Shown here in pieces: positions 54,138-64,000 of a stretch of DNA of 64,000 nucleotides (within the stretch, counting starts at the first letter, position 1; each line of letters opens with the position of its first letter). The notes under the pieces were generated by a model that was not told the DNA's origin, made no database searches, and was given only the letters and a program-made list of their open reading frames with translations. The DNA lies in contig JAUZTB010000107.1 of NCBI GenBank assembly GCA_034780895.1, positions 65,863,671-65,927,670 of the forward strand, given 5' to 3'. Source of the stretch: Rhynchobatus australiae. Taxonomy: Eukaryota. The position numbers and the translations under genes were made by a program.

Positions 54138-54959
54138 GTACCTTTGGAAGTTAACTGCAAGTCAATGAGAATCTGAGAGCAGCAGAGCATTGTAATTCTC
54201 AAATCAGAAGGTGACAAAGCATTATATGAGGTTTTATCAGATGAACCAAAAGAGGATTGATTGAGTCAACATTACAGAGTAGGAGTTCTTGATGAATGAA
54301 TGTCTGTAGCCAGAGGCCCATCTCAAATTCAAACAAGATTGTTAACTGATTAATTATAAAATGGATTGGGACAAAATCATTAGCTGAGGAAGAGTGTTTG
54401 CAGCAAGGACAAATGGCAAAGATTTATTACATAATAATTATAACAAAGGAACAGGCCTTTTGGCCCTCAAGGTCACATTTTTACATCACCTTTCATGGTC
54501 CACTGGTATGAAACATATAGCTTTAAAGGTTATCTACAATATTTCATAAGTTAAAAGTTTTTTCTCTAACAAAAGACATCAGATCCATCTGCTAGTATTA
54601 TGTCCTGTTTCACAAATTATGCTAAACAGTTTAAGATTCCTAACAGGCTGATCTTTGTTGCAAACTCAAGTGTATATTAAATATAATTGTTAAAGAAAAA
54701 CAAGAGTCTAAAAATGTAGTACACAAGTAACATAGTGTAGGTAGCTGGAAGTAATACAATAATTCATGTTTGCACCTGCCTCTTCTTGGAAAGGTCAACA
54801 CTTAAAAAATTATTGCATGTCATATTCTCTAGACCTAATAGTCAAAAACATATAAAACATCAAAATAAACTGCACAAATTGTTTTCTTCCTACACATTTT
54901 ACAAAAAGCAGTTTCTTCTTCCCTCCCAAAGATTTTTCTTTCCTCCCCAACTTTCACAA

Positions 54960-55110
54960 GCATAGATTGATAGCCAGTACATACGTGACCTCTGACAGCA
55001 AATATTTGCAGGCCACCAATCATAGTTGAGGCAAATTATCGCCTTATCACGGCTGATTCCAAGCAAAGCACAATGGCTGGCACTCATGAAGTTAATATTC
55101 ACAATCAATT
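54960..55110. promoter_or_regulatory. Candidate enhancer / CNE
   Basis: Contains TACGTG, TGACAG (Meis/TGIF), the palindrome GCAAATATTTGC at 54998-55009, CCAAT, TTATC and ACAAT (Sox), plus several CpGs. Confidence 0.35.
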
Positions 55111-57229
55111 CCTTTCCTGATCCATCTGTAGAACCTTGATTGTTCTTTCAGATAAAATCAGCCAATTCAGCAAGAACCTGGAATTAAGGATGAAATTTCC
55201 CAGTCTGTCAAAATCTGAATAAACTCTCACTGAGGGAATCATTCACGTACAAGTTGTAAGTTAACAGCTGGTTACAAATGTCTTCTCTTATTACGAGAGA
55301 AAGATGAACATCAACACAGCATTGATATTTTACAATTCTTATTATTCACAGCCTTCTAGTAATCAAAGAACAATCCTGATTTAGAAGAGAGGTAAAAGAT
55401 GCTTCTAATCCTATCAATGCTTCTTTAAAATTTGGCCACTATACAAAGTCATGCAGAAGAAAAACAAGAACATATCTTCAGTTTATACATCAAATCCAAA
55501 CTGTATCAACTCTGCTGACAATTACATACTAATATTTTTCAATCACATGCTTTTGTATTACATTAATAATGTGAACTTTTGGCCTCAACATAAGCAAAAT
55601 GGATTACAAATATGAGGAGACAGTACGGAGTCTTAAAATTGTAAAATGTTCACAGCTTGGAAAAATAGCCTTCACAAAATGATTAAACTTCTTATTACAG
55701 AACTCTTGAGGTGCAAGGGGGGAAAAATGGAAAATATTGTACTTTTTTTTTTACACAGCTACTGAACAGGAAGGCTCCAAGTCTCTCAAAAAAAGTCACA
55801 GCCAACAACTTCCATACCCTATGCTTCCATTACTTCAATTTTTCAGTCCATAGGAAAGTTTTTGCTACGGTATACTGCAAATGATATTACTTGAATTAAA
55901 TTTAAAGATGCTCATTAGAATATTCAAAGTCAGAAAAGATTGCTTACTGAAATGCAATACTGAAAATGAAATGAAAGAAAAAACAGATGTTTATGAATAA
56001 GAAATTGAGTAGCAAGGCTACACTGCCAACATTTTGATCATATTTGGAGGGCATAGAGAAGAAAAGCTACAGTGTTCAAATGTAGAAGATTAAAACTTGG
56101 TGCCTTTTCGTGAGAGCAAGGGAAACTAAAAGGTTACAAGTTTCAAATATGAAGAACTTGAATGGTGTAACCCACCCAAGAACAGAAATCTAAATTTGAA
56201 TTTATCACAAGATTAGCTTACAAAATTTCTAATTTTCAGATTCCAAATTTTTATGTAAAGATTGAAAATATTAAAAGATGAAATCAAAAGATAATTATGC
56301 TCTGCTGTGAAATGTCCCTTTTGATAAGATTGAATCGCTTGAAAAATTACTAATAAATCAATGACGCCATGATTTTTTCCATCCCATCAAGGTGGTATGT
56401 AGAGAATCTGTATGCCTCATTGGAAAACTGGTAATGTCAACAAAGTAGCATTCCCTCGGTGCTGCAGCAACCTACTTTGAAGCAATATACGAATCCAGGC
56501 CATTTGTTAAGTTTATACTTTGGTTCTTTTGCTTCTTTAAGTACCGTTGCTAAAGTACGTTATGAATCTTGGCAGCAAATCACTGAAACATTAAATGTTA
56601 CAATCCTGAGTCAGTGGCATTAAATTCCATGAATGTATGCTGACAAGGTTTTTACCTAACGTACAGCAGTTCATTTTAATGTCTTTCTCCAACTGAGCTA
56701 AAGCTTTGCTCAGCCTTTATCTGCAGTCATTTTATATTATGTTAACAAAAATTAAACTGCTGTTCTTTAATATAGTTTTTGCTTCTCAGGAAGTAAAAGG
56801 TCTTTAAAAGGCAGCAATGTCATAAACTGGTATGAAGAACTTTGGATGCCCTATTACAACCATCAGGACTGAAAAGATAGAAACACAATGTCAGTTATGT
56901 TCACCTTACTTAGTATCTAATATTGGAAATATTATGCAGCTGGAAGTTATGACATGATGCTAAAACAAATGATTTGTTATCAAAGGAAATGGTGTCACGT
57001 TGAAATTCCTTGTGTATTGAGTGGGGGGTGGAATAATGAAGAAAGCCCCTTGACCTTGCATTCAGTGTTACAGATATCGAAAACATATGGGTACAAAGAA
57101 AGAATTTAATAGGATTGTGAAAAGGTAGACATTCAGGTTGCTTGATGCTGAATGATAGAATACTAGAAATATGAGTGCAAGGAATATTGAGATGAAGATT
57201 GGCAGAGTTAGCATAAAGAGATAATGATA

Positions 57230-57840
57230 ATAAAAACAGAAACAATCTGGATACACTCAGCAAGTTAAGAAGCATCTGCAAGAGAGTAACATTAACATTT
57301 CTGGTCAATAACCTTTAATCACAGCTGGTAAAGTTATAGCTAAATTAGCAAAGAAAAGATGAATTAAGAACAAAACTTTAGCTATACAATGAGGTTCAAT
57401 GTCAGCTCAAATGATCATACAGGAGAGCACGGCAATGTGACAAGAAACAAAAGATGGGTTCAGAAGTGTAAATGAGAACAGTAGAATCATTACCAACAAC
57501 TGCTATCTGGAAAAAGCCTGACAATTTTTTCTGATGTCATGAAACTCTATTTGAGTTCAGAAAGCTGATAAGCAACAGAAGAGAAGGTACTGTCCCTTGA
57601 ACATATTTTGAGTTTCCTCTAACCTCCACTCAGAAGGCACAAACACCTTCGGTTTTACTTGAACAGAGACCTTAACAGCTCACATTCAATACCAGCTTCC
57701 TTTGTTGCATGAACCCCCGCCAAAATACTCTGCTCCTCTGCCTGGCTAAATCACCACCACATCCACCCTCTTCCTCTGACTTGCTGAACCAAGACCACAC
57801 TCTGTCTGGCTGAACTTATCTTCATAGTAAACAATAAAAT
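57230..57840. mobile_element. PLE relics (antisense terminal repeat plus RT fragments)
   Basis: ctggatacactcagcaagttaagaagcatctg; cttgaacagagacct (LEQRP); tggctgaacttatcttcatagtaaacaat (AELIF..NN). Confidence 0.55.
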
Positions 57841-58261
57841 CTCTTCACATCTTTCTGAGTGCCAAATTTCATAAAATTATTCCTCTTACAAGGGTTAGGG
57901 AAATCCAGGTTATTTGAATTAAATGCAAAGAATAGGAACAAAATGGCATTACAGGATTCAACTGAGAAGATGCACTGAGCTAAGGGAGTAGTGGAGTTTA
58001 TCAGATTACTGAAAGAGAAATCCCGGAGTGTGAGAACACAGTATTGGCAATGATCAGAGTGAGCATAGTGGCAAGCATTCCAAGTTCAGGGAACAGCCAA
58101 TCTGGTCTGGCAGTAGTAGTAGAGCTCTTGCATTAAGAATATAATTAGAACTGAGATTTGTAAAATTCATTCATTTTAGCACCAGTCAACAATGCAAAAG
58201 CAATAAGCATTTGGGGGTCAATGCCTATTTTAGGACAACCATCCCAAAGCCTATCCAAGAA

Positions 58262-58790
58262 AAAGAAAAAAAAGAAAATGGTGGAAACACAGGTCAGGTA
58301 GCATCTGTAGAAAGAGAAACATGTTTCAGGCCCTGAAGCCTTCATCAGAACTGGGAAAGAGAAAAAGTTTACAGTAGTAGAGAAGATGGAGTAATGTGTA
58401 AAACAAAGGGAATCTCTCTACTAGGGTGAAATCAAATGAGTTAACATGGCAGTTAAAAAGCAAATTATGCTTGTCTCTGTAATGTGTTGTTGACAGGTAG
58501 AAGTGGCCAGTTCTCATACAGAAAGAAATAGGGAGTTAGCTAAAGCTGGAGAATTCAACATCGAATCCTTAAAGCTGCCAAGTGCCCAGATAGAAGATGA
58601 TGGGTTGTTTCTTCTTGTAACAGTGCAGGAGGCCACAGACAAAGGTCAGAGTGGGAATGGGATGATGAATTAAAGTGGCAGGCAACTAGAATCTTAGGAT
58701 CACTCCTCTGGAGTGAATACACAAGTTCTGCAAAGTAATTACCCAATCCACATTTGGTTTCTCCAATATTAAAGCAGCCAAGAAACAATC
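58262..58790 (-). mobile_element. Penelope-like element 3' end (GIY-YIG endonuclease relic plus terminal repeat)
   Basis: Minus ORF NIGETKCGLGNYFAEL...LVACHFNSSSHSHSDL matches the PLE motif YIGET.R.L..RF.EH...PVA.HFN; terminal repeat acagatgctacctgacctg. Confidence 0.88.
58316..58352 (-). ncRNA. Hammerhead ribozyme catalytic-core relic in the PLE terminal repeat
   Basis: Minus strand reads CUGAUGA-AGGC-UUCAGG-GCCU-GAAACAUGUUUC. The core and stem II are intact; the stem I partner appears deleted. Confidence 0.5.
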
Positions 58791-58794
58791 TGAC

Positions 58795-60410
58795 ATAGTT
58801 GTCTTCTTGCAATCATGCCTTACATTCAACATGCTGGATTCTTTTATCACAATCCCTGGGTACATCTTGTCCCATCAGCAAATCAAACCCAGAGACGTGG
58901 TATACTGATGTAGGAGCAGGAGAGAATGGACAGTGTTCTCAAATATCAACTCCAGATCCTAAAAATCTTGTGGCCTCACGTCAGAGGGGAGTAACTACTC
59001 TGGATTACTATCCACTATTCATCCAAACTGATGAATCAGCACTCATCCATGTCAAACAACACCTGAAAGCAACACTCAGCAAGGGTATTAAATTTAATGT
59101 GACTATGAAATCAATGTCCATCACTAGGAGTGACTCAATAAGCAGCACTACTGACCAACCTGGCTGATTCCTGAAAAACACCAGGTACCAGATGGGGATT
59201 GTAACTTATGATAAATGTACTTGACCATGCCCTGATCAACCTACTTACTGCAGTTGTACTGTATCTGTCCAGTCTAGTATCAGTCAGAATAACCTACCTC
59301 TGCATAGCCCTTCTGGAAAATTCTCCGATGGTCACACCAAGGAAACCCTCCAGTGTTGTACGGTGTTACCATAACACAAAATGGGATAGTTTAGGAACAG
59401 ATCTGGCAACCCAAAAGACTTGGCATCCATGGAACAATGTGGGTTATTATCAGCAGAATGCATTCCAGCACATTCTGTAGCCTATTGCCATAGCCCTCAT
59501 GTCCCCATGACTGCAAACCAAAAAAAAGAGTTCAAAGAAAAGTGCCATGAACTACAACAAACTCACTGTATTCAGTGCTCCAGAACCAGCTTAACTAGCT
59601 AAATGATCACAGGTATAGTCACAACAATGATATCCATCCAACAACAATGTAGAAAACTACCCATTTATTTCTGGTTTATGAAAAACAGGACATTTCCCAA
59701 CTAACACGCAACTGTACAGTCAACTATCAAAGTGATGCTATCAGTGTTATCACCTACTTACTGATATTTAATCTGGTTTTTGCCAGGACATGAAGCCTCA
59801 ATTCCTGCATGGACCAAAGAGTTGAATTCCAGAGAGGAGAGTGACATTCCATTTGATACAAGTGGAATTCCATTTACCTGATGCAAAAGATGTTATTCAA
59901 AGCCAATTATCTCAGCCCTGGACCACTGCAGGAAATCCTCAAATAGTTCCCCAGGCCCAACAACTTTCAATAGCCTCGTGAGTAAGCCATCTCCCATCAG
60001 AAGGCCAGAAGTGAGGAAGTTGTCTGATGGTATGCAATGCTCAATTCAAAATACAGCTGCTGGTAAAACAAAGCAGTTCATGTCTGCATGCAGAAACTAC
60101 ATTGTCAATTTTCAATGACAAACTAAATGTTAAGTCGTATTCATGTCAGTGCTCAGCAAAGACCATCACCAATGAATTTAATATTCAATAGTATTACCAT
60201 GACCAACTTTCCCAAGATAAACATCCTGAGNNNNNNNNNNTGAGATGTCAACACTGACTTGAAATTCAACTGGAACAAGAACATAAATCATGTGACTGCA
60301 AGTGGTTAATTATGGCACAGGTTACCCTGTGGTAAATGTCTGAATTCCATCTCTAGTAACAGTGGCTACAGTGTATACCATCTACAAAATGCACTGCAAT
60401 TACTCAAGTT
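58795..60410 (+). mobile_element. Decayed CR1/L2-group LINE (EN to RT)
   Basis: SFITIPGYILSHQQ; LDHALINL; ccccaggcccaacaactttcaatagc; cagaagtgaggaagttgtctgatg; ttgaaattcaactggaac. Confidence 0.75.
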
Positions 60411-61139
60411 CAGTCTTAACTGATATTGCCTAAAACATAACATGCAATTCAACCTCCCACTCCCAGATTACAGATATCAAATCCTGCTCTGTGTCACCTG
60501 AAGTCTAGCAATAGTAGAGCTAAGCCTTAAAACTCATCTCCAGTTGTGCCAAATCTAGAATCAGAACTGTTAAAGAAGCCCTTGTAGAATAAAGGACACC
60601 ATGTCAACAACCCCAATAGCCCCAATCCAACAACATTAAATTCCAAAACTTACGTTTCATTCCCCTTGTATTGCCAAAGACCATTTCAAATACAAATGAA
60701 GCCTAATGCCCCTGTTACCTTAAGATATTCTGCAACAAGTACAGTTAAAATGATACCATTAAATATCATGTTTCTAAGCCAACTGGGGTTTATCATTTTG
60801 AACCTTTGCCTGCTGTATTAACCATGGTTAGAAATAAAATTAAATTTATAATGAAATAAAAATGAACCACTCATACATATTGTTTATAAAATAATGGAGA
60901 AGCATGAAATTAATTTCTCATGTATCAGTAAAATCATAGGATCATACTTAATGGACACCTTAAATTAATGGCCCCTGAATGATTCTCTACTGGGATAAAT
61001 GAATGTTATGAAAATATTTATCATCACAATGACAATTGACAACCCAAAAGGGATCCGCTATATGTTTAAGATTGCCAGATCATATTTTAAATTGTTTGCA
61101 AAAAAACAGCATAGTGTGCATGGACAGATTATTTATTTA

Positions 61140-61323
61140 TTCATGGCATATGGACATTACTGCCAGCTTTAAGATTGCTTTTCAGGATCTAGGCATTGCT
61201 ATCAAGGATAGCATATATTGCCCATCCCTAATTACCCTTGTGAAGATGGTGGTGAGCTGCCTTCTTGAATCACTCCAGCCATTCTGATGAGGGTACTTCC
61301 ATGGTATTATTAAGCAGAGAGTT
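61140..61323 (-). mobile_element. 3' end of a CR1/L2-group LINE running into a gap
   Basis: tattgcccatccctaattacccttgtgaagatggtggtgagctgccttcttgaa. Confidence 0.75.
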
Positions 61324-62099
61324 NNNNNNNNNNNNNNNNNNNNNNNNNNNNNNNNNNNNNNNNNNNNNNNNNNNNNNNNNNNNNNNNNNNNNNNNNNNNN
61401 NNNNNNNNNNNNNNNNNNNNNNNNNNNNNNNNNNNNNNNNNNNNNNNNNNNNNNNNNNNNNNNNNNNNNNNNNNNNNNNNNNNNNNNNNNNNNNNNNNNN
61501 NNNNNNNNNNNNNNNNNNNNNNNNNNNNNNNNNNNNNNNNNNNNNNNNNNNNNNNNNNNNNNNNNNNNNNNNNNNNNNNNNNNNNNNNNNNNNNNNNNNN
61601 NNNNNNNNNNNNNNNNNNNNNNNNNNNNNNNNNNNNNNNNNNNNNNNNNNNNNNNNNNNNNNNNNNNNNNNNNNNNNNNNNNNNNNNNNNNNNNNNNNNN
61701 NNNNNNNNNNNNNNNNNNNNNNNNNNNNNNNNNNNNNNNNNNNNNNNNNNNNNNNNNNNNNNNNNNNNNNNNNNNNNNNNNNNNNNNNNNNNNNNNNNNN
61801 NNNNNNNNNNNNNNNNNNNNNNNNNNNNNNNNNNNNNNNNNNNNNNNNNNNNNNNNNNNNNNNNNNNNNNNNNNNNNNNNNNNNNNNNNNNNNNNNNNNN
61901 NNNNNNNNNNNNNNNNNNNNNNNNNNNNNNNNNNNNNNNNNNNNNNNNNNNNNNNNNNNNNNNNNNNNNNNNNNNNNNNNNNNNNNNNNNNNNNNNNNNN
62001 NNNNNNNNNNNNNNNNNNNNNNNNNNNNNNNNNNNNNNNNNNNNNNNNNGACGGTTGCTAGAGGTGGTCACTGTCTGACACAAAAGCTACATACTACTT

Positions 62100-62398
62100 A
62101 ACAACCCATTTACTATACATCCCTAATTGTTCCTGACCTGAGGAAACTACATTGGTGGGTCCAAAGCAAGGAGGTCAAATTTGGGTGCAGTCTTGAAGGA
62201 CATCAGTCAACTAGATAAATTTTTAATATCAATCCAGTTGTTTGATGGTAACTATTACTAAGGAAAGTTTTTCAACATTCCAGATTTACTTGAGTTTCTA
62301 AAATTACCTGTCAGGATGGGATTCACCACTTGTCTCTGGATTAATGATCCAGAATTCTGGCTACCAGTCTAGTTCCTTCACAAATATGTCACTATGCC
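62100..62398 (-). mobile_element. tRNA-derived SINE
   Basis: Antisense tail catccctaattg; ctgaaggacatcagtcaactagat-like body; head gtctctggattaatgatccag...ctagt. Confidence 0.6.
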
Positions 62399-62446
62399 CT
62401 TATTAACTTTGAGGTATAGCAATATAGACAACAGTGCTATTATATA

Positions 62447-63029
62447 CAGGAAAACTCCAATCACTTAGCACCCTTGGGACTTCAGTGGTGTGAGATTGGC
62501 AGATTTTCTAGGCTATTCTTATTAATACTTGACATTTTTTTTCCCCAAATGTTAAACAGGAGTATAATAAATTTTCCAGAATTCCAGACAAATTTAAAGA
62601 GTGTGCCGGAAATTATTTCCAGTTAGTTTATAGGGAGTGTGGAAAAAGTGGCCCCAGTGAGTTTAAAGGAAACGCAGGAAACATAAGACCACAAGAATAG
62701 CAGAATTAGGCCATACAGCCCAATGAGTCTGCTTCACCATTCAATGACTCGGCATCCACAGCCCTTCGTGGCAATATATTCTGCAAATTCACCATCTGGC
62801 TGAAGAAATTCCTCATCTTGATTATAAAGGAATGTCCCTTTATTCTCAGGCTGCCCCCTCAGATTCCAGACTCACCATCTCCACATCTACTCTATCTAGG
62901 CCTTTCAGTATTCAGTCAGTTTCTATGAGATCCTCAACTTTCTGAACTCCGAGTTCAAATGCTCCTCATACAGAACCAGGTGAGGCAAATTTCCAAAAAA
63001 GCAGATAGCAGATTATCAGAATTTTACTG
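62447..63029. mobile_element. Tigger-like MITE interrupted by a CR1 tail
   Basis: TA|caggaaaactccaatca ... gattatcagaattttactg|TA, degenerate TIRs with TA flanks. Confidence 0.55.
62680..62970 (-). mobile_element. CR1 3' end
   Basis: acataagaccacaagaatagcagaattaggccatacagccc...ctggctgaagaaattcctcatc. Confidence 0.85.
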
Positions 63030-63314
63030 TACTTTGTAAATAGCAAAGGAAAAGTTCCAATATTAACAACATCACTTGCACTAGATATCAGATGTAAAAG
63101 GAACATAGTTTAATTGCAGGGGGAAAAAAAATCAGCGTAATGGAACAGCAAGATATTAGGAATCAGGTAAAACTCGTGTTCCCTCAGTTTTATTTTGATT
63201 CTTGACTGAAAGTGTGCTGACTGCAAAATTAACCATTGTACCCAATTGCAAAAGATGTGATCAATGTAAATTACTCATTGTCTTCATAATCTCAGGAACA
63301 TAAAAGCATGGACT

Positions 63315-63632
63315 ATAAAGCACATTAAATGCAATTACTAACATCCATTTTCATATGTCTAGGACCTAAAATTATCAATGAAATAATGACAAAAATATTT
63401 GGTAGCTTAAACTGAAGGATAAATATTAGTTAAAATACAGGGAGAATTCAACTCTTCAACAAATAACAATCAAATGTTGTACCAGGTGTTTTAATAGCTC
63501 ATCTGAAAGATAGTATTTGACAGCAAAGCACTCCCTAAGCACTGCTGTTGATTGTCAACCCAGATTAAGTGTTCGCATCTCCACAGCACAACTTAAATTT
63601 GCATGTCTTTGACTAAGAGGTGACAGTACAAG
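63315..63632 (-). mobile_element. Deu-domain SINE, antisense
   Basis: tgaaggataaatattag...ctcatctgaaagatag...gcactccctaagcactgc...tgtcaacccagatta...tgactaagaggtgacagt. Confidence 0.7.
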
Positions 63633-63720
63633 TAAGAAAACAAGCCTAAATATCTGCAGCTGAATTGAAAACAGACTATGCATTAAGAGATAAATACAAT
63701 TAAATCTGTACTGCACTTAC

Positions 63721-63780
63721 TCAGCTGGCAGAATGAACAGACTCAGAATTCGTGTCCCCATAGACAGCATTGAGATCTAA
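63721..63780 (-). other. Candidate small exon (56 or 60 nt) of an unidentified minus-strand gene
   Basis: Acceptor ttgattgttttattag (alternative AG 4 nt downstream) and consensus donor GA|GTAAGT; peptide not recognised. Confidence 0.3.
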
Positions 63781-64000
63781 CTAATAAAACAATCAACTGA
63801 ACATGGAATTTCCTTCTTTCAACCTGAAAGATTAGGATTCATCAATTATACTCCAGGATTTGATTTTTACCCTTCATTAATGATACATTTCCAAAAGAAC
63901 CTTATTCCAAATTTTAAAAAACACCTGAACAAAACTGACTTTGGTAAACTTTCCAACAAAGTATCAGATGGCAAGCTGGTCAAAAATGAAAGCCCATGGG

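Noticed and set aside
61283-61310. CTGATGAG hammerhead-like motif
   Set aside because: No stem II or GAAA follows; it is part of a LINE 3' end.
61265-62101. Longest ORFs in the track (also around 3.7, 8.6 and 41.1 kb)
   Set aside because: They are open only because they run through N gaps.
1-64000. Prokaryotic systems (CRISPR arrays, operons, defence islands), tRNA/rRNA genes, endogenous viruses
   Set aside because: No regularly spaced repeats, gene-dense tracts, intact cloverleafs or viral motifs were seen; tRNA-like pieces are SINE heads.

Overview
This is 64 kb of AT-rich eukaryotic, non-coding DNA from a gapped draft scaffold with about 17 N-runs. The repeat repertoire is typical of cartilaginous fish (shark/ray; inference): decayed CR1, CR1/L2-group, L2, RTE and Rex1/Babar LINEs, Penelope-like elements (PLEs) and their terminal repeats, V-SINE (HE1-like) and Deu-domain SINEs, a Tc1 IR/DR transposon and Tigger-like MITEs. 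No intact protein-coding gene, RNA gene or CRISPR array is supported. Every recognisable ORF is a broken retroelement fragment. Between the repeats lie unique blocks rich in TF motifs that look like conserved non-coding enhancers, plus one candidate minus-strand small exon near 63.7 kb, so the window may be a large intron of a minus-strand gene. The most notable items are hammerhead-ribozyme relics in PLE terminal repeats and foldback PLE mini-elements, a roughly 42-bp microinversion inside a CR1, nested insertions and the enhancer-like blocks. I found no demonstrably new biological system. Repeat boundaries and family calls were made by eye from remembered consensus motifs and are approximate.
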